A stretch of DNA of 64,000 nucleotides from Candidatus Omnitrophota bacterium (GCA_903944345.1 CAJARJ010000009.1:65875-129874), one strand, 5' to 3'. Shown: positions 29,272 to 39,308, numbered from the stretch's first letter. Notes: generated by a model not told the origin, from the sequence alone. Numbers and translations: made by a program.

Positions 29272-29306
29272 GTCGCATCCAGCGGGGCTCAATTAAAATC
29301 CCTGCT
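29272..29306 (-). repeat. tRNA-trailer repeat, truncated copy
   Basis: AGCAGGGATTTTAATTGAGCCCCGCTGGATGCGAC, 32/35 identical to 39457-39491. Confidence 0.8.
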
Positions 29307-29317
29307 ACAAAAAAAAA

Positions 29318-29405
29318 CGGAGAAGCAGGGATTCGAACCCTGGAGTCGCTATTAACGACCACACGCTTTCCAGGCGTGCGCCTTCAACCACTCGGCCACC
29401 TCTCC
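29318..29405 (-). tRNA. tRNA-Ser(GGA)
   Basis: GGAGAGG acceptor, anticodon arm CACGC-CTGGAAA-GCGTG, long variable arm, GTTCGAATC; CCA not encoded. Confidence 0.95.
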
Positions 29406-29417
29406 AAAAGCTGCGAA

Positions 29418-29446
29418 ATATTATCATCCGTCAGAAAGAAAGTCAA
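29418..29446 (-). promoter_or_regulatory. Sigma70 promoter of tRNA-Ser(GGA)
   Basis: TTGACT-N17-TAATAT. Confidence 0.7.
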
Positions 29447-29973
29447 TGCTTTCCAGCGTCATTAAAAAACAGTTTAGCCGGATCAAACTTATCGCGCGGC
29501 TTATCCCCACCCACCGGATGGCCAACAGCAATAACACACAAAGGACTTATATTCTCCGAAAGGCCAAGAATAGCACGCACCGCGCTGGCCCGTTCAGGTC
29601 TTGGATGCGCCGCGGTCCAGCAAGCCCCCAAACCAAGCGCCTGAGCCGCAATCAAAATATTCTGCGCCGCCGCTGCACAATCCTGAACCCAATAATCCGT
29701 AGAATCTCCGCCATGCGCAAGACTCAAATCACTGCCAACCACAATAGCATGCTTGGCCGTAAGAAGCATTTTGGCATATGGAAGTTCTTCGGCCATTTTA
29801 TGAATCAGTGACATATCATCGACAACGACAAAACAAAAATGCCGGGTATCACGCGAAGTCGGAGCCGCCATGCCGGCACGAACCAACTCGGTAAGAACTT
29901 CGCGGCTAACTGGCTCTCCGGTATAACGACGGATACTGCGCCGATCAAAAATAGCCTTAAGAACAGGTTCCAT
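29443..29973 (-). CDS. Nitroreductase family protein
   Basis: RRSIRRY, AAPTS, QDCAAAAQNILIAAQALGLGACW. Confidence 0.92.
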   Translation of the reverse strand: MEPVLKAIFDRRSIRRYTGEPVSREVLTELVRAGMAAPTSRDTRHFCFVVVDDMSLIHKMAEELPYAKMLLTAKHAIVVGSDLSLAHGGDSTDYWVQDCAAAAQNILIAAQALGLGACWTAAHPRPERASAVRAILGLSENISPLCVIAVGHPVGGDKPRDKFDPAKLFFNDAGKH

Positions 29974-29984
29974 CTTGTCTCCAG

Positions 29985-30013
29985 AAAAAAGAGGCGGATG
30001 AACCCGCCTCTTT
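29985..30013 (-). terminator. Intrinsic terminator after the nifJ / acetate-CoA ligase operon
   Basis: GAGGCGG stem, 6-nt loop, T6 tail on minus strand. Confidence 0.75.
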
Positions 30014-30033
30014 AATTAATAAACATTCTCACA

Positions 30034-32145
30034 TTACAAAAGAATCCGCGCGTCAGCAGCGAATGAACCATCTTTGTTGGTGAACAAAGGATTGATATCA
30101 ACTTCTTTAACATACGGGGCGATGCGCTGAACGGCCATTAATGTTTTGACGATAGACTCCTTGTGCGCGCCCTGTCCGCGATAACCATCTAGCAACTTGC
30201 GGGCTTTAATTTCGCCAATCATTCTGACAGCATCCTGTTCGGCAAACGGTACAACTCGGAACGTAACATCTTTCAAAACTTCAACAAAAATGCCGCCCAT
30301 CCCGAACATCACCGCCGGACCGAACTGCGGATCTTTGTTCATGCCAACGATACACTGAATGCCATCAACCATCTGGCACAAGTTAACACCCATAATCTTT
30401 GCTTTGGGAGCGTTTTTGGCAACATTCTCCATCATCCGCGCAAAAGCTGCGCGCATTTCGTCGGCATTTTTGATATTCAAAATAACGCCGCCAACATCTG
30501 ATTTATGAATAATATCCACCGAGGCAATCTTCATGGCCACCGGATACATCTTCTTGGTTTCAGCCTCACGGACAGCATCCTCCGCGGTAACCGCCATGCC
30601 CCATTTAGGCATCGGGACTCCACATGCTTCCAGAACCTCCCTGGATTCATGTTCAAGTAAATACGTACGGCCTTCCTTGCGGACACGCTCAATAAGCTCA
30701 AGCGCTTGGGCTGGAGGAAGAACCACCGCAGCTTTCTCCTTGGGACGCGAAGAAATCTCCTGCCAATGATAAAGTGTCTTTAAACCGGAAACAGCTTCCC
30801 TGACTTCAGTCATGGCAGGGATCTGGTTCTCATTCAATATCTGAATAGCAGTCCGGGAGCGCTCGCCACCGACCATGGTAACCACAATCGGCTTGTTACG
30901 CTTAACCGTATTGTATTCTTCCACAATCGCCTTGGCGACCTCAACCGGATCGGTTACTGCGGTTTCGCAATAAAGAACAATGACTGCATGAATTCTTGCT
31001 TCATTTAAAGCGATCTTGACCGCCTCCCGATAGCTCTTGCAACCACCGCCACCCGTAACATCAATCGGATTCTTTGTACTGCCAAACTCGGGCATGGTAC
31101 AACGGAATTTTTCCTCAAGCCAAACCGGATCTTCCAGAAGCTTGATCCCGGAATGTTCGCATTCATCGGTTGCGCTCACCCCAATACCGCCGCCATTGGT
31201 AATGATTACGGCATCGTTGCCCTTGGGCATCGGCATACAAAGCACCGAACAGGCACAGAAAGCCTGCGTAAAATTCCTGGCCCGCATCATTCCCAACTGA
31301 TTGAAAGCTGCCGTATAAATAGTATCTGACCCGGCCAATGAGCCTGTATGCGACGCCGCTGCCTGAGCTCCTCGTGAGGAGGAGCCAGACTTGAGTACAA
31401 CCACCGGCTTTTTAACCTGGGTCGTCATAAACTTGCGCCCGTCTTTAATCCCTTCCATATAAATCAGGATAACGCTGGTATTAGGATCATCATTAAAATA
31501 CTCAATGAGTTCTTTTTCCCCTATGTCGGCCTTGTTCCCAAGACTGACCACCGCGGCAAGACCAATTTTTTCCATCATGGTCCACCCCATCAGAGAAATC
31601 GCCAATGCTCCACTCTGGGACACAAAAGCAATCTTCCCGGCAGCCAAATTCTGAGGGCCAAAAGATGCATTCAAATGCGCAGGCGTATAAACAAAACCAA
31701 AAGTATTCGGCCCCAGAAGAGCAATATTGTTTTTGTCGGCAATATCCTTAAGAGCCTGCTCTTCTTTGGTCTTCCCTATTTCAGAAAAACCGGAAGTAAT
31801 AATAACTGTTCCCTTGGTGTTCTTTTTAACGCACTCCTGCAAAACTCCCTCAACCAAAGGCGCCGGGACAGCAATAACCACAAAGTCAATATCGCCGGGG
31901 ACATCCAGCAAAGAAGAAAAACAGGGAACGCCAAGAATTTCCCTGGCTTTCTTGTTAATAGGATAAAGTTTTCCCTTAAAACCATTCTGAACAATATTAT
32001 TCAGAATCTGATAACCGATCTTTCCCGGCTCAGCAGAAGCCCCCACAACAGCAACACTTCTAGGGTTAAAAACATGTTGCAGGTTCTGAACCTTGACTTT
32101 GTTATCTTCTACCTGCCCGCAAGCTACATGACTGTCACTAGACAT
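30034..32145 (-). CDS. Acetate--CoA ligase (ADP-forming), fused alpha-beta subunits
   Basis: SVAVVGAS, LGPNTFG, SQSGAL, SHTGSLAG (phospho-His), NPIDVTG, HKSDVGGV, DPQFGP, DINPL. Confidence 0.92.
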   Translation of the reverse strand: MSSDSHVACGQVEDNKVKVQNLQHVFNPRSVAVVGASAEPGKIGYQILNNIVQNGFKGKLYPINKKAREILGVPCFSSLLDVPGDIDFVVIAVPAPLVEGVLQECVKKNTKGTVIITSGFSEIGKTKEEQALKDIADKNNIALLGPNTFGFVYTPAHLNASFGPQNLAAGKIAFVSQSGALAISLMGWTMMEKIGLAAVVSLGNKADIGEKELIEYFNDDPNTSVILIYMEGIKDGRKFMTTQVKKPVVVLKSGSSSRGAQAAASHTGSLAGSDTIYTAAFNQLGMMRARNFTQAFCACSVLCMPMPKGNDAVIITNGGGIGVSATDECEHSGIKLLEDPVWLEEKFRCTMPEFGSTKNPIDVTGGGGCKSYREAVKIALNEARIHAVIVLYCETAVTDPVEVAKAIVEEYNTVKRNKPIVVTMVGGERSRTAIQILNENQIPAMTEVREAVSGLKTLYHWQEISSRPKEKAAVVLPPAQALELIERVRKEGRTYLLEHESREVLEACGVPMPKWGMAVTAEDAVREAETKKMYPVAMKIASVDIIHKSDVGGVILNIKNADEMRAAFARMMENVAKNAPKAKIMGVNLCQMVDGIQCIVGMNKDPQFGPAVMFGMGGIFVEVLKDVTFRVVPFAEQDAVRMIGEIKARKLLDGYRGQGAHKESIVKTLMAVQRIAPYVKEVDINPLFTNKDGSFAADARILL

Positions 32146-32168
32146 AATAACCATCCTTGAATTATGTA

Positions 32169-35100
32169 TTAAGCCTGAGGCGGTTGAACTGACTTAACCG
32201 CAGCAGCCGTCTGGGCTGCCAATGCCTCGTAAATTGCCCACTTCTGATTTACATCCTGTTGCGCCAGCTCAATCAGGCGTTCAGCCTCAACAGGATTCGA
32301 CTTGACCAGCGATTTAAACCTGGTTTCACGATAAGCATAATCACGGAAGGAAAGTTTTGGTGCCGCAGAATCCAAAATAAGTGGATTCTTGCCTTCCTTG
32401 ATCAGCTCAGGATTATAACGGAATAACGGCCAATGACCGCTATCAACAACAGCCTTCTGCTCCAGCAAACCATTAGACATGTTGATGCCGTGCGCTATGC
32501 AATGACTATAGGCAATAATAATAGAAGCACCAGGGTACTTTTCTGCCTCAACGAATGCCTTGACTGTATGTTCGTCCTTGGCTCCTAAAGCCACCATGGC
32601 TACATACACACTGTTATAAGTCATGATCATCCGGGCCAAATCTTTCTTGGCCGTCGGTTTTCCCGAAGCCGCGAACTTGGCCACTGCGCCACGCGGAGAA
32701 GATTTGGACGCCTGTCCTCCGGTGTTCGAATAAACCTCGGTATCCAGCACCAAAACATTGACATTACGCCCGACAGCCAGAACATGATCCAGTCCGCCGA
32801 AACCGATGTCATACGCCCACCCGTCACCCCCGACAATCCAGACGCTCTTTTTGACAAGATTGTCCGCCAGCGAAATCAGGTGCGCGGCTTGTGAGGTTTT
32901 AATTCCGGCCAGTTTCTCTTTAAGAATCTGAATTCTTTTGCGCTGCTCAAAAATCTCGGATTCATCCACCTGCTGGCTATTGAGAATGGCTGCAACCAGA
33001 TCTCCGCCAACCTGTCCTTCCAGACCCTTGAGGAGCTCGCAAGCGAATTCCTGTTTTTTGTCGATGGATAAACGCATCCCCAATCCGAACTCGGCATTAT
33101 CCTCAAAAAGAGAATTCGACCAGGCCGGACCGCGTCCTTCACAATTCTTGGTATACGGCGTTGTCGGAAGATTCCCGCCATAAATAGAGGAACATCCAGT
33201 AGCATTGGCAATAACCGCTCGATCACCGTAAAGCTGGGTAATCAGCTTAACGTAAGGGGTTTCTCCGCAACCGGCGCAAGCACCGGAGAACTCAAACAAT
33301 GGCTGCAAGAACTGAACCCCGCGTACCGTATTTTGTTTGACCTTGCTGCGATCGACCTCGGGAAGACGGAAAAAGAAATCCCAGTTTCTTGCTTCCTGTT
33401 CACGGATCGGCAGAATCGGAACCATATGAATGGCCTTACGGGCAGGATCTTTCTTGCTTTTGGCCGGACAAGCTGATACGCAAACACCGCATCCTGTACA
33501 ATCTTCCGCCGCAACCTGAATACGAAAACGCTTGCCGGAGAACTCCTTGTCTTTGGCCGCTGCTGTCACAAAAGATTCCGGAGCGTTCTTGAGATCCGAT
33601 TCCTCAATAACTTTGCTACGAATAACTGCATGCGGACATACCATAACGCATTTGCCACACTGAATACAAGTTTCAGAATCCCAGTCCGGACACTCGAGCG
33701 CAATACAACGCTTTTCATACTGGGATGTCCCTGTCGGGAATGTCCCGTCTATCGGCATTTTGCTCACCGGGAGACTGTCTCCGCGATTGGCGATAATCTC
33801 GGCCGTTACAGAAGAGACAAACGCAGTAGGTGTCCCGGAAACCGGTGACTTGAGCTCCAGCGCGCTTGTAACAGCTGACGGAACCTTGACTTCATGCAGA
33901 TTGGCAATCGTCGTATCAACCGCCTTGAAATTCTGGGCAACAACATCAGCGCCTTTCTTTCCATAAGCTTTCTCGATCGACTTTTTAATCTGCTTGATGG
34001 CCTCTTCACGCGGCAAAACACCCGATATAGCAAAGAAACATGTTTGCATAATCGTATTGATACGCCCCCCCATGCCAGTCTCGTTAGCAACTGCGTAAGC
34101 ATCAATAACATAAAATTTCAGTTTCTGAGAAATAATATGCTGCTGGGTAACCCGGCTCAATTTATCCCAAACCTTATCATGAGCATAAGGACTGTTTAGA
34201 AGGAATACTGCCCCCTCGGCGGCATCCTTGAGGACATCATATCTTTCCAGGAAAAAGAACTGATGACAACCGATAAAGTTGGCTTTTCCGATCAGATAAG
34301 GAGCATGAATAGGATTTGGTCCGAAACGCAGATGAGAAAATGTCATTGATCCGGATTTTTTGGAATCATAAACAAAATATCCCTGTCCGTAATTAGGAGT
34401 ATTCTCTGCAATGATCTTAATCGTGTTCTTGTTTGCTCCGACTGTACCATCCGCTCCCAGACCATAAAAAAGGCAGCCGACACTCTGGGGATCTTCTATA
34501 ACAAAACTGTAGTCGACATCCAAGCTGGTGTGCGAAACATCATCATTTATGCCCACTGTAAAATGATTCTTGGGAGCAGTCTTTTTGGTCTCGTCAAACA
34601 CCGCCTTGACCATGGCCGGAGTAAACTCCTTGGAAGAAAGACCGTACCGTCCTCCGATAACCTTTGGAACTGAAGAAATAAGACCATCCTGACGACCTTC
34701 AAACAGGGCATTAAGAACATCCTGATAGAGCGGCTCTCCCGCAGAACCTGGCTCCTTGGTGCGATCAAGAATAGCCAGGGTTTTGACAGAGGCAGGCAAA
34801 GCCGCAATAAACGCCTTGACCGAGAACGGACGATAAAGACGAACCTTGATTAACCCAACCTTCTCTCCTTTTTTAAGCAAAGCATCAATTGTGGTCTGGA
34901 TCGTTTCACACGCAGACCCCATAGCAACAATAACCCGATCAGCGTCAGCAGGACCATAATACTGGAACAACTTGTACTGCCGGCCAACCAAAGCCGCCAG
35001 CTTATCCATCGAAGCCTGAACAATATCCGGACATTTCGTATAGAAAGGATTAACCGTCTCACGGCCCTGGAAATACACATCAGGATTCTGGGCTGTGCCA

Positions 35101-35747
35101 CGCATAAAAGGAGCATCAGGTGACAAACCTCTGTTCCGATGGGCAATCACCAACTCGTCACTGATCATTGAACGAATATCGTCATCAGAAAGCTGCTCAA
35201 TCTTGGCCACCTCATGTGACGTCCGAAAACCGTCGAAAAAATGCAGGAAAGGCACCCGACTTTCGAGGGTTGCAGAATGCGCAATCAGAGCCATATCCAT
35301 GGCCTCCTGAACACTACAAGAAGACAATAAGGCAAAACCGGTCTGGCGAACCGACATGATATCCGAATGATCGCCAAAGATGGACAAAGCCTGTGCGGCC
35401 AAAGAGCGGGCTGACACATGAAACACAGTACTGGTCAGTTCGCCAGCTATCTTGTACATGTTAGGAATCTTCAGAAGCAAACCCTGCGAGGCAGTAAACG
35501 TTGTAGTCATGGCCCCGGTCTGCAAAGCGCCGTGAACTGTTCCGGCTGCCCCGCCTTCCGACTGCATTTCCTGCACCAAAGGCACAGACCCCCAGATGTT
35601 TTTAATTTTATTGGCTGACCACTCATCAGCCAGCTCTCCCATGGTCGATGAAGGCGTAATCGGGTAGATTGCCGCAACATCGCTGACTCTGTAAGCAACG
35701 TAAGCCGCTGCTTCGTTTCCATCCAGTGTTACCATTTTACGCGCCAT
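32169..35747 (-). CDS. nifJ: Pyruvate:ferredoxin (flavodoxin) oxidoreductase
   Basis: YPITPSS, MQSEGGAAG, two CxxCxxCxxxCP clusters, GACAGCGE, GGDGWAYDIG. Confidence 0.97.
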   Translation of the reverse strand: MARKMVTLDGNEAAAYVAYRVSDVAAIYPITPSSTMGELADEWSANKIKNIWGSVPLVQEMQSEGGAAGTVHGALQTGAMTTTFTASQGLLLKIPNMYKIAGELTSTVFHVSARSLAAQALSIFGDHSDIMSVRQTGFALLSSCSVQEAMDMALIAHSATLESRVPFLHFFDGFRTSHEVAKIEQLSDDDIRSMISDELVIAHRNRGLSPDAPFMRGTAQNPDVYFQGRETVNPFYTKCPDIVQASMDKLAALVGRQYKLFQYYGPADADRVIVAMGSACETIQTTIDALLKKGEKVGLIKVRLYRPFSVKAFIAALPASVKTLAILDRTKEPGSAGEPLYQDVLNALFEGRQDGLISSVPKVIGGRYGLSSKEFTPAMVKAVFDETKKTAPKNHFTVGINDDVSHTSLDVDYSFVIEDPQSVGCLFYGLGADGTVGANKNTIKIIAENTPNYGQGYFVYDSKKSGSMTFSHLRFGPNPIHAPYLIGKANFIGCHQFFFLERYDVLKDAAEGAVFLLNSPYAHDKVWDKLSRVTQQHIISQKLKFYVIDAYAVANETGMGGRINTIMQTCFFAISGVLPREEAIKQIKKSIEKAYGKKGADVVAQNFKAVDTTIANLHEVKVPSAVTSALELKSPVSGTPTAFVSSVTAEIIANRGDSLPVSKMPIDGTFPTGTSQYEKRCIALECPDWDSETCIQCGKCVMVCPHAVIRSKVIEESDLKNAPESFVTAAAKDKEFSGKRFRIQVAAEDCTGCGVCVSACPAKSKKDPARKAIHMVPILPIREQEARNWDFFFRLPEVDRSKVKQNTVRGVQFLQPLFEFSGACAGCGETPYVKLITQLYGDRAVIANATGCSSIYGGNLPTTPYTKNCEGRGPAWSNSLFEDNAEFGLGMRLSIDKKQEFACELLKGLEGQVGGDLVAAILNSQQVDESEIFEQRKRIQILKEKLAGIKTSQAAHLISLADNLVKKSVWIVGGDGWAYDIGFGGLDHVLAVGRNVNVLVLDTEVYSNTGGQASKSSPRGAVAKFAASGKPTAKKDLARMIMTYNSVYVAMVALGAKDEHTVKAFVEAEKYPGASIIIAYSHCIAHGINMSNGLLEQKAVVDSGHWPLFRYNPELIKEGKNPLILDSAAPKLSFRDYAYRETRFKSLVKSNPVEAERLIELAQQDVNQKWAIYEALAAQTAAAVKSVQPPQA

Positions 35748-35803
35748 AACTACTCCTCTTCTCTAATCTGATATTAAACAATAAAAAGTGACTGCTCCTC
35801 ATT

Positions 35804-35833
35804 AAAAAACAAACCCCGCATACTTATGCGGGG
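35804..35833 (-). terminator. Intrinsic terminator ~60 nt upstream of nifJ start
   Basis: CCCCGCATA-AG-TATGCGGGG followed by TTTGTTTTTT. Confidence 0.7.
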
Positions 35834-36038
35834 CAGCGCCATTCGAACGTCGTGGCCTTGGCGGCCTTGATGGATACAACCGGTGAAAAACAACTATCTG
35901 TGATGACGTGTGCTGAGCTCATAACAAGATGGGATTAAGATTCCTGAAAGAAAATATTTCTCCATATTACACCAATTCCCGAAAGTGTAAATATTTTTTT
36001 CTGAAATACCTAGAGGAAAAAACAGGCTTCCAGATTTG

Positions 36039-37478
36039 TTAAACAAGTCCGGCCAGAACTTCCACAACCCGTTGATCCAACTTTGCGTCCATCGACCTTA
36101 ACTCCGCCACAGCCTCCGCTCTGGACATCGCTCGACGGTGTGGTCGATCTATAACCAGATCATCATAAATGTTAACCGCACACAAGATGCGCACGGCAAG
36201 GGAAATCTGTTCAGCACGCAGACCGTCCGGGTAACCGGAACCATCCAGCATTTCATGATGATGACGAACAATTTCACACAAAGGCTGCAAAGAAGGAATC
36301 GGTCGAATAATCCCCTCTCCGATCTCGGGGTGCCGCTTCATCATGAGCAGTTCCTGATCGGTCAAAGACGATGGCTTGGCCAGAATTTCGTCGGCAACTC
36401 CAATCTTGCCCAAGTCGTGCAACCGCGCGGCATCCCGTAAATATCCGGCAAGCTGATGATCAACTTCAAGCGCCTGGGCTACTCTTGCGGACAAATCAGC
36501 GACCCGCTCCAAATGCCCACGCGCATACGGATCCTTTGCCTCGACCGCCATGGCTAACGCAGCCAGAGTCTCAAAATATGCCCGATCCTGATTTTTACTC
36601 AAAGAAGAATTCTCAATCGCAACCGCAGTCTGGCCGGCCAGATTCGTCAAAAGATCCATTTCTTCATTGCGAAAATTTGATCCCTCTTTCCGTCCGGAAA
36701 TAACCAACACCCCCTGAACATTCTCTCCCAGAAACAACGGTGCGCACATCATGGGGAAATCGAGCCCCTCCTCACCCTCAACAGTGTCCGCATGGTAATG
36801 TGTCTTGGATAATATCAACGCACTCCGATTTAAAAGAACGGGGGCAAAAAGACCGGTTTCAGCTGAAAACCCGTTCTTGGCGAAAGCCCGGGGAGATATA
36901 CCACAAACAGCTTTAACCCGCAAAGTCTTCTTGTCTTCATCCAGAAGCAGCAGAATGCCTTTACGACCAAACATCGCTTCAGTTGTTGTCTCGACGATCA
37001 GATCCAGAAAGGTATCCAGGCTGCTGAGGCTGGAAATGCCATGGCCTACGCGGGTCAAAACCGACTGCAGGGTTTTTTTGGTCAGCTCTAAAGTCTGAAC
37101 ATTCTCTTCCAAGCGATGCGTTACTTCACCAAAAGTTCTGGTCAGAACTTCAATTTCATTCTCACTTCCCTTGAGGTAAGACTGGATCTTCTCCGGACCG
37201 AGAACCTGTCCAAGCCTTGCCATACTGGCATTAGTCACATCAATCAGATTTTTCAACATAAGCCGCATGGCAACATAACCTGCAGCAACACCAAGAATAA
37301 CAATGATAAGCGTAATATTGAGCTGATCAACCGTCAGATCAATGCCTCCCGAATCCTCCAGCTGGGCGTAAAGATACATCAGAACACCAACAGGAATGAT
37401 TGTCATCAACACAAAAAAAACATGAAATTTTAATAAAATAGAACTGTTTTCAAAAGTTTGCAAACGAAATAGCTTCAC
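36039..37478 (-). CDS. Membrane GAF + HD-GYP domain protein
   Basis: Two TM; GAF (LAGQTAVAIEN); HDLGKIG, HHEMLDGSGYPDGL; GTG start after AAAGGAG. Confidence 0.88.
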   Translation of the reverse strand: MKLFRLQTFENSSILLKFHVFFVLMTIIPVGVLMYLYAQLEDSGGIDLTVDQLNITLIIVILGVAAGYVAMRLMLKNLIDVTNASMARLGQVLGPEKIQSYLKGSENEIEVLTRTFGEVTHRLEENVQTLELTKKTLQSVLTRVGHGISSLSSLDTFLDLIVETTTEAMFGRKGILLLLDEDKKTLRVKAVCGISPRAFAKNGFSAETGLFAPVLLNRSALILSKTHYHADTVEGEEGLDFPMMCAPLFLGENVQGVLVISGRKEGSNFRNEEMDLLTNLAGQTAVAIENSSLSKNQDRAYFETLAALAMAVEAKDPYARGHLERVADLSARVAQALEVDHQLAGYLRDAARLHDLGKIGVADEILAKPSSLTDQELLMMKRHPEIGEGIIRPIPSLQPLCEIVRHHHEMLDGSGYPDGLRAEQISLAVRILCAVNIYDDLVIDRPHRRAMSRAEAVAELRSMDAKLDQRVVEVLAGLV

Positions 37479-37533
37479 ACCTGCTCCTTTTGTCATTCGA
37501 AAAATAAAGAACAATTTCCTGATTTTCCCTTGA

Positions 37534-38385
37534 TCAATCGAACACAACAGTTTTGTTGCCATAACAAAAGATCTTATGCTCAAGATGCCAGCGCACTGCC
37601 TTGTATAGAACAACCCGCTCCAGATCCTGACCGATCCGCATCATGTCTGCAATCGAGTCTCTGTGAGTTACACGCACCGTATCCTGGTCAATGATAGGGC
37701 CCTGATCCAGTTCAGGAATCACATAGTGACTGGTTGCCCCTATAATCTTGACCCCTTTCTGATAAGCCTGCGCGTAAGGACTGCCTCCGGCAAAGGCAGG
37801 TAGAAAAGAATGATGGATGTTAATGATCCGCCTTGGGTATTGATCTACAAAAGCCGACGTCAATATTTGATGATACCTGGCCAACACCACAAGGTCAATC
37901 TGTCTGTCTGCCAGAATTTCAAGCTGACGAAGCTCCTGCTCATCCTTTGTCTGCGGACTGACAGGAATATGCACAAAATCGACGCCCGCCTGAGCACAGA
38001 AAAACGCAGCATCAGCGTGATTGCTTATGACAAGACGAAAATCACAAGGAAGATGTCCGGAAATATGACGAAACCAAAGGTCATAAAGGCAATGCAGATG
38101 CCGAGAAACAAAAACTGCGATACGAGGAACATGATCACTGAAAGAAATCCTCCAGTCCATGGAAAACTGCTCGGCCACCGAAGAAAACTCTTCGGAAATC
38201 CGATCGCGACTGACCAGAAACCCCTCAAGCTCCCATTTTACCCGGATGAAAAAGACAGAAGCATCCATATCTGTGTGCTGATCAGCATCAACAATATTTC
38301 CACCGCGACGATAAATAAAATCCGTTACAACAGCGGTTATCCCTTTCTGATCAGGGCAAGAAGCCAGAAGTATCGCGTATGCCAT
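37534..38385 (-). CDS. purU: Formyltetrahydrofolate deformylase
   Basis: ACT domain CPDQKGI; VLARYHQIL, INIHHSFLPAF, GVKIIGATSH, DQGPIIDQ. Confidence 0.95.
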   Translation of the reverse strand: MAYAILLASCPDQKGITAVVTDFIYRRGGNIVDADQHTDMDASVFFIRVKWELEGFLVSRDRISEEFSSVAEQFSMDWRISFSDHVPRIAVFVSRHLHCLYDLWFRHISGHLPCDFRLVISNHADAAFFCAQAGVDFVHIPVSPQTKDEQELRQLEILADRQIDLVVLARYHQILTSAFVDQYPRRIINIHHSFLPAFAGGSPYAQAYQKGVKIIGATSHYVIPELDQGPIIDQDTVRVTHRDSIADMMRIGQDLERVVLYKAVRWHLEHKIFCYGNKTVVFD

Positions 38386-38428
38386 GCAGGGAATCCTCAA
38401 TATATAAAAAGATCAATGAACAAAAACT

Positions 38429-38596
38429 CTAATCGTAAGCCGCGTCAAAATCTTTGCCTTCGTATTTCTCCATATAATCTGCCTTGCGCAACCCCCACAA
38501 ATAAACTCCTGCCGCCATGGCGACCGCCAGAAGAATAAAAAAAAGAAATGTCCAGGAATAAGGCTTTCGAGTCGACGGGTCATAAAAAATAGACAT
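38429..38596 (-). CDS. Small single-pass membrane protein (55 aa), absent from ORF track
   Basis: RBS GAGAGG + ATG; MSIFYDPSTRKPYSWTFLFFILLAVAMAAGVYLWGLRKADYMEKYEGKDFDAAYD; fills the gap between co-oriented genes. Confidence 0.65.
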   Translation of the reverse strand: MSIFYDPSTRKPYSWTFLFFILLAVAMAAGVYLWGLRKADYMEKYEGKDFDAAYD

Positions 38597-38608
38597 CGGG
38601 CGACCTCT

Positions 38609-39181
38609 CTATTTCTTTTGCACAGGCAAAGCCCCCAGACACGCTTCAATTACTATGCATTCTTTGGCCCAATATGTAAAAACAATTTCCTGCATCTTGT
38701 AAAGATCGTAATTAAACTTGGCCCCTGCCGGAGCATTGTTCTTGGACTTTATAGGCGACGAAATAAGCAAAGAAGGGTACCCCATCCCCGCCAGTTCAGT
38801 CCTGATATCCTCGGCTACAGTATTACATATTTCCGCACAAATATCACTTAAAAGCCCCTCGTCAGGCTTGACATCAAGCCGGTCGATCGCCTGAAGAAAC
38901 TTTTCCATCACGTCTTCTTTGATATAAAGAGCCATGGTTCCGACAGGACGCTCATCCTGCTGCTCCTTATCGGAAAGATAAAAATTAAGGGCAGAAAGAT
39001 AGCAGGGAGAATTAAACTTTCCCATTGCAAAAAGACGCATATATCCATTGGACTCGATAATGTCATGCTCACTGACCACCGGTTCGGACGTCGGAAGGAC
39101 ATTAAGCATTTTCTCCATGCTTTGCCTGAGAATCTTGATGATGGTCGCATTCAGTATCTTGTTATCAAATGTTTTTGTCAT
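38609..39181 (-). CDS. CheX-like domain protein
   Basis: DICAEICNTVA...LLISSP resembles the CheX E-x2-N helix and SxP strand. Confidence 0.55.
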   Translation of the reverse strand: MTKTFDNKILNATIIKILRQSMEKMLNVLPTSEPVVSEHDIIESNGYMRLFAMGKFNSPCYLSALNFYLSDKEQQDERPVGTMALYIKEDVMEKFLQAIDRLDVKPDEGLLSDICAEICNTVAEDIRTELAGMGYPSLLISSPIKSKNNAPAGAKFNYDLYKMQEIVFTYWAKECIVIEACLGALPVQKK

Positions 39182-39308
39182 ATAGAAATTCCTGTTGATG
39201 GATATTGATTTATCTTAATCAAATCCGGCTCACGATGGAAGAAAAAATCAAAAAAACAATTGCGCGGGAATGCTCTGGAAGACTATTAAGAATACGGCGA
39301 GCAGTTCG

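Noticed and set aside
29208-29465. 85-aa ORF (likewise 39219-39503, 39248-39556, 39666-39848, 52327-52587, 52521-52712)
   Set aside because: Overlap tRNA genes; spurious translations
38413-38649. 78-aa ORF from the track
   Set aside because: Overlaps the upstream gene and lacks an RBS; the 55-aa ORF in another frame fits better
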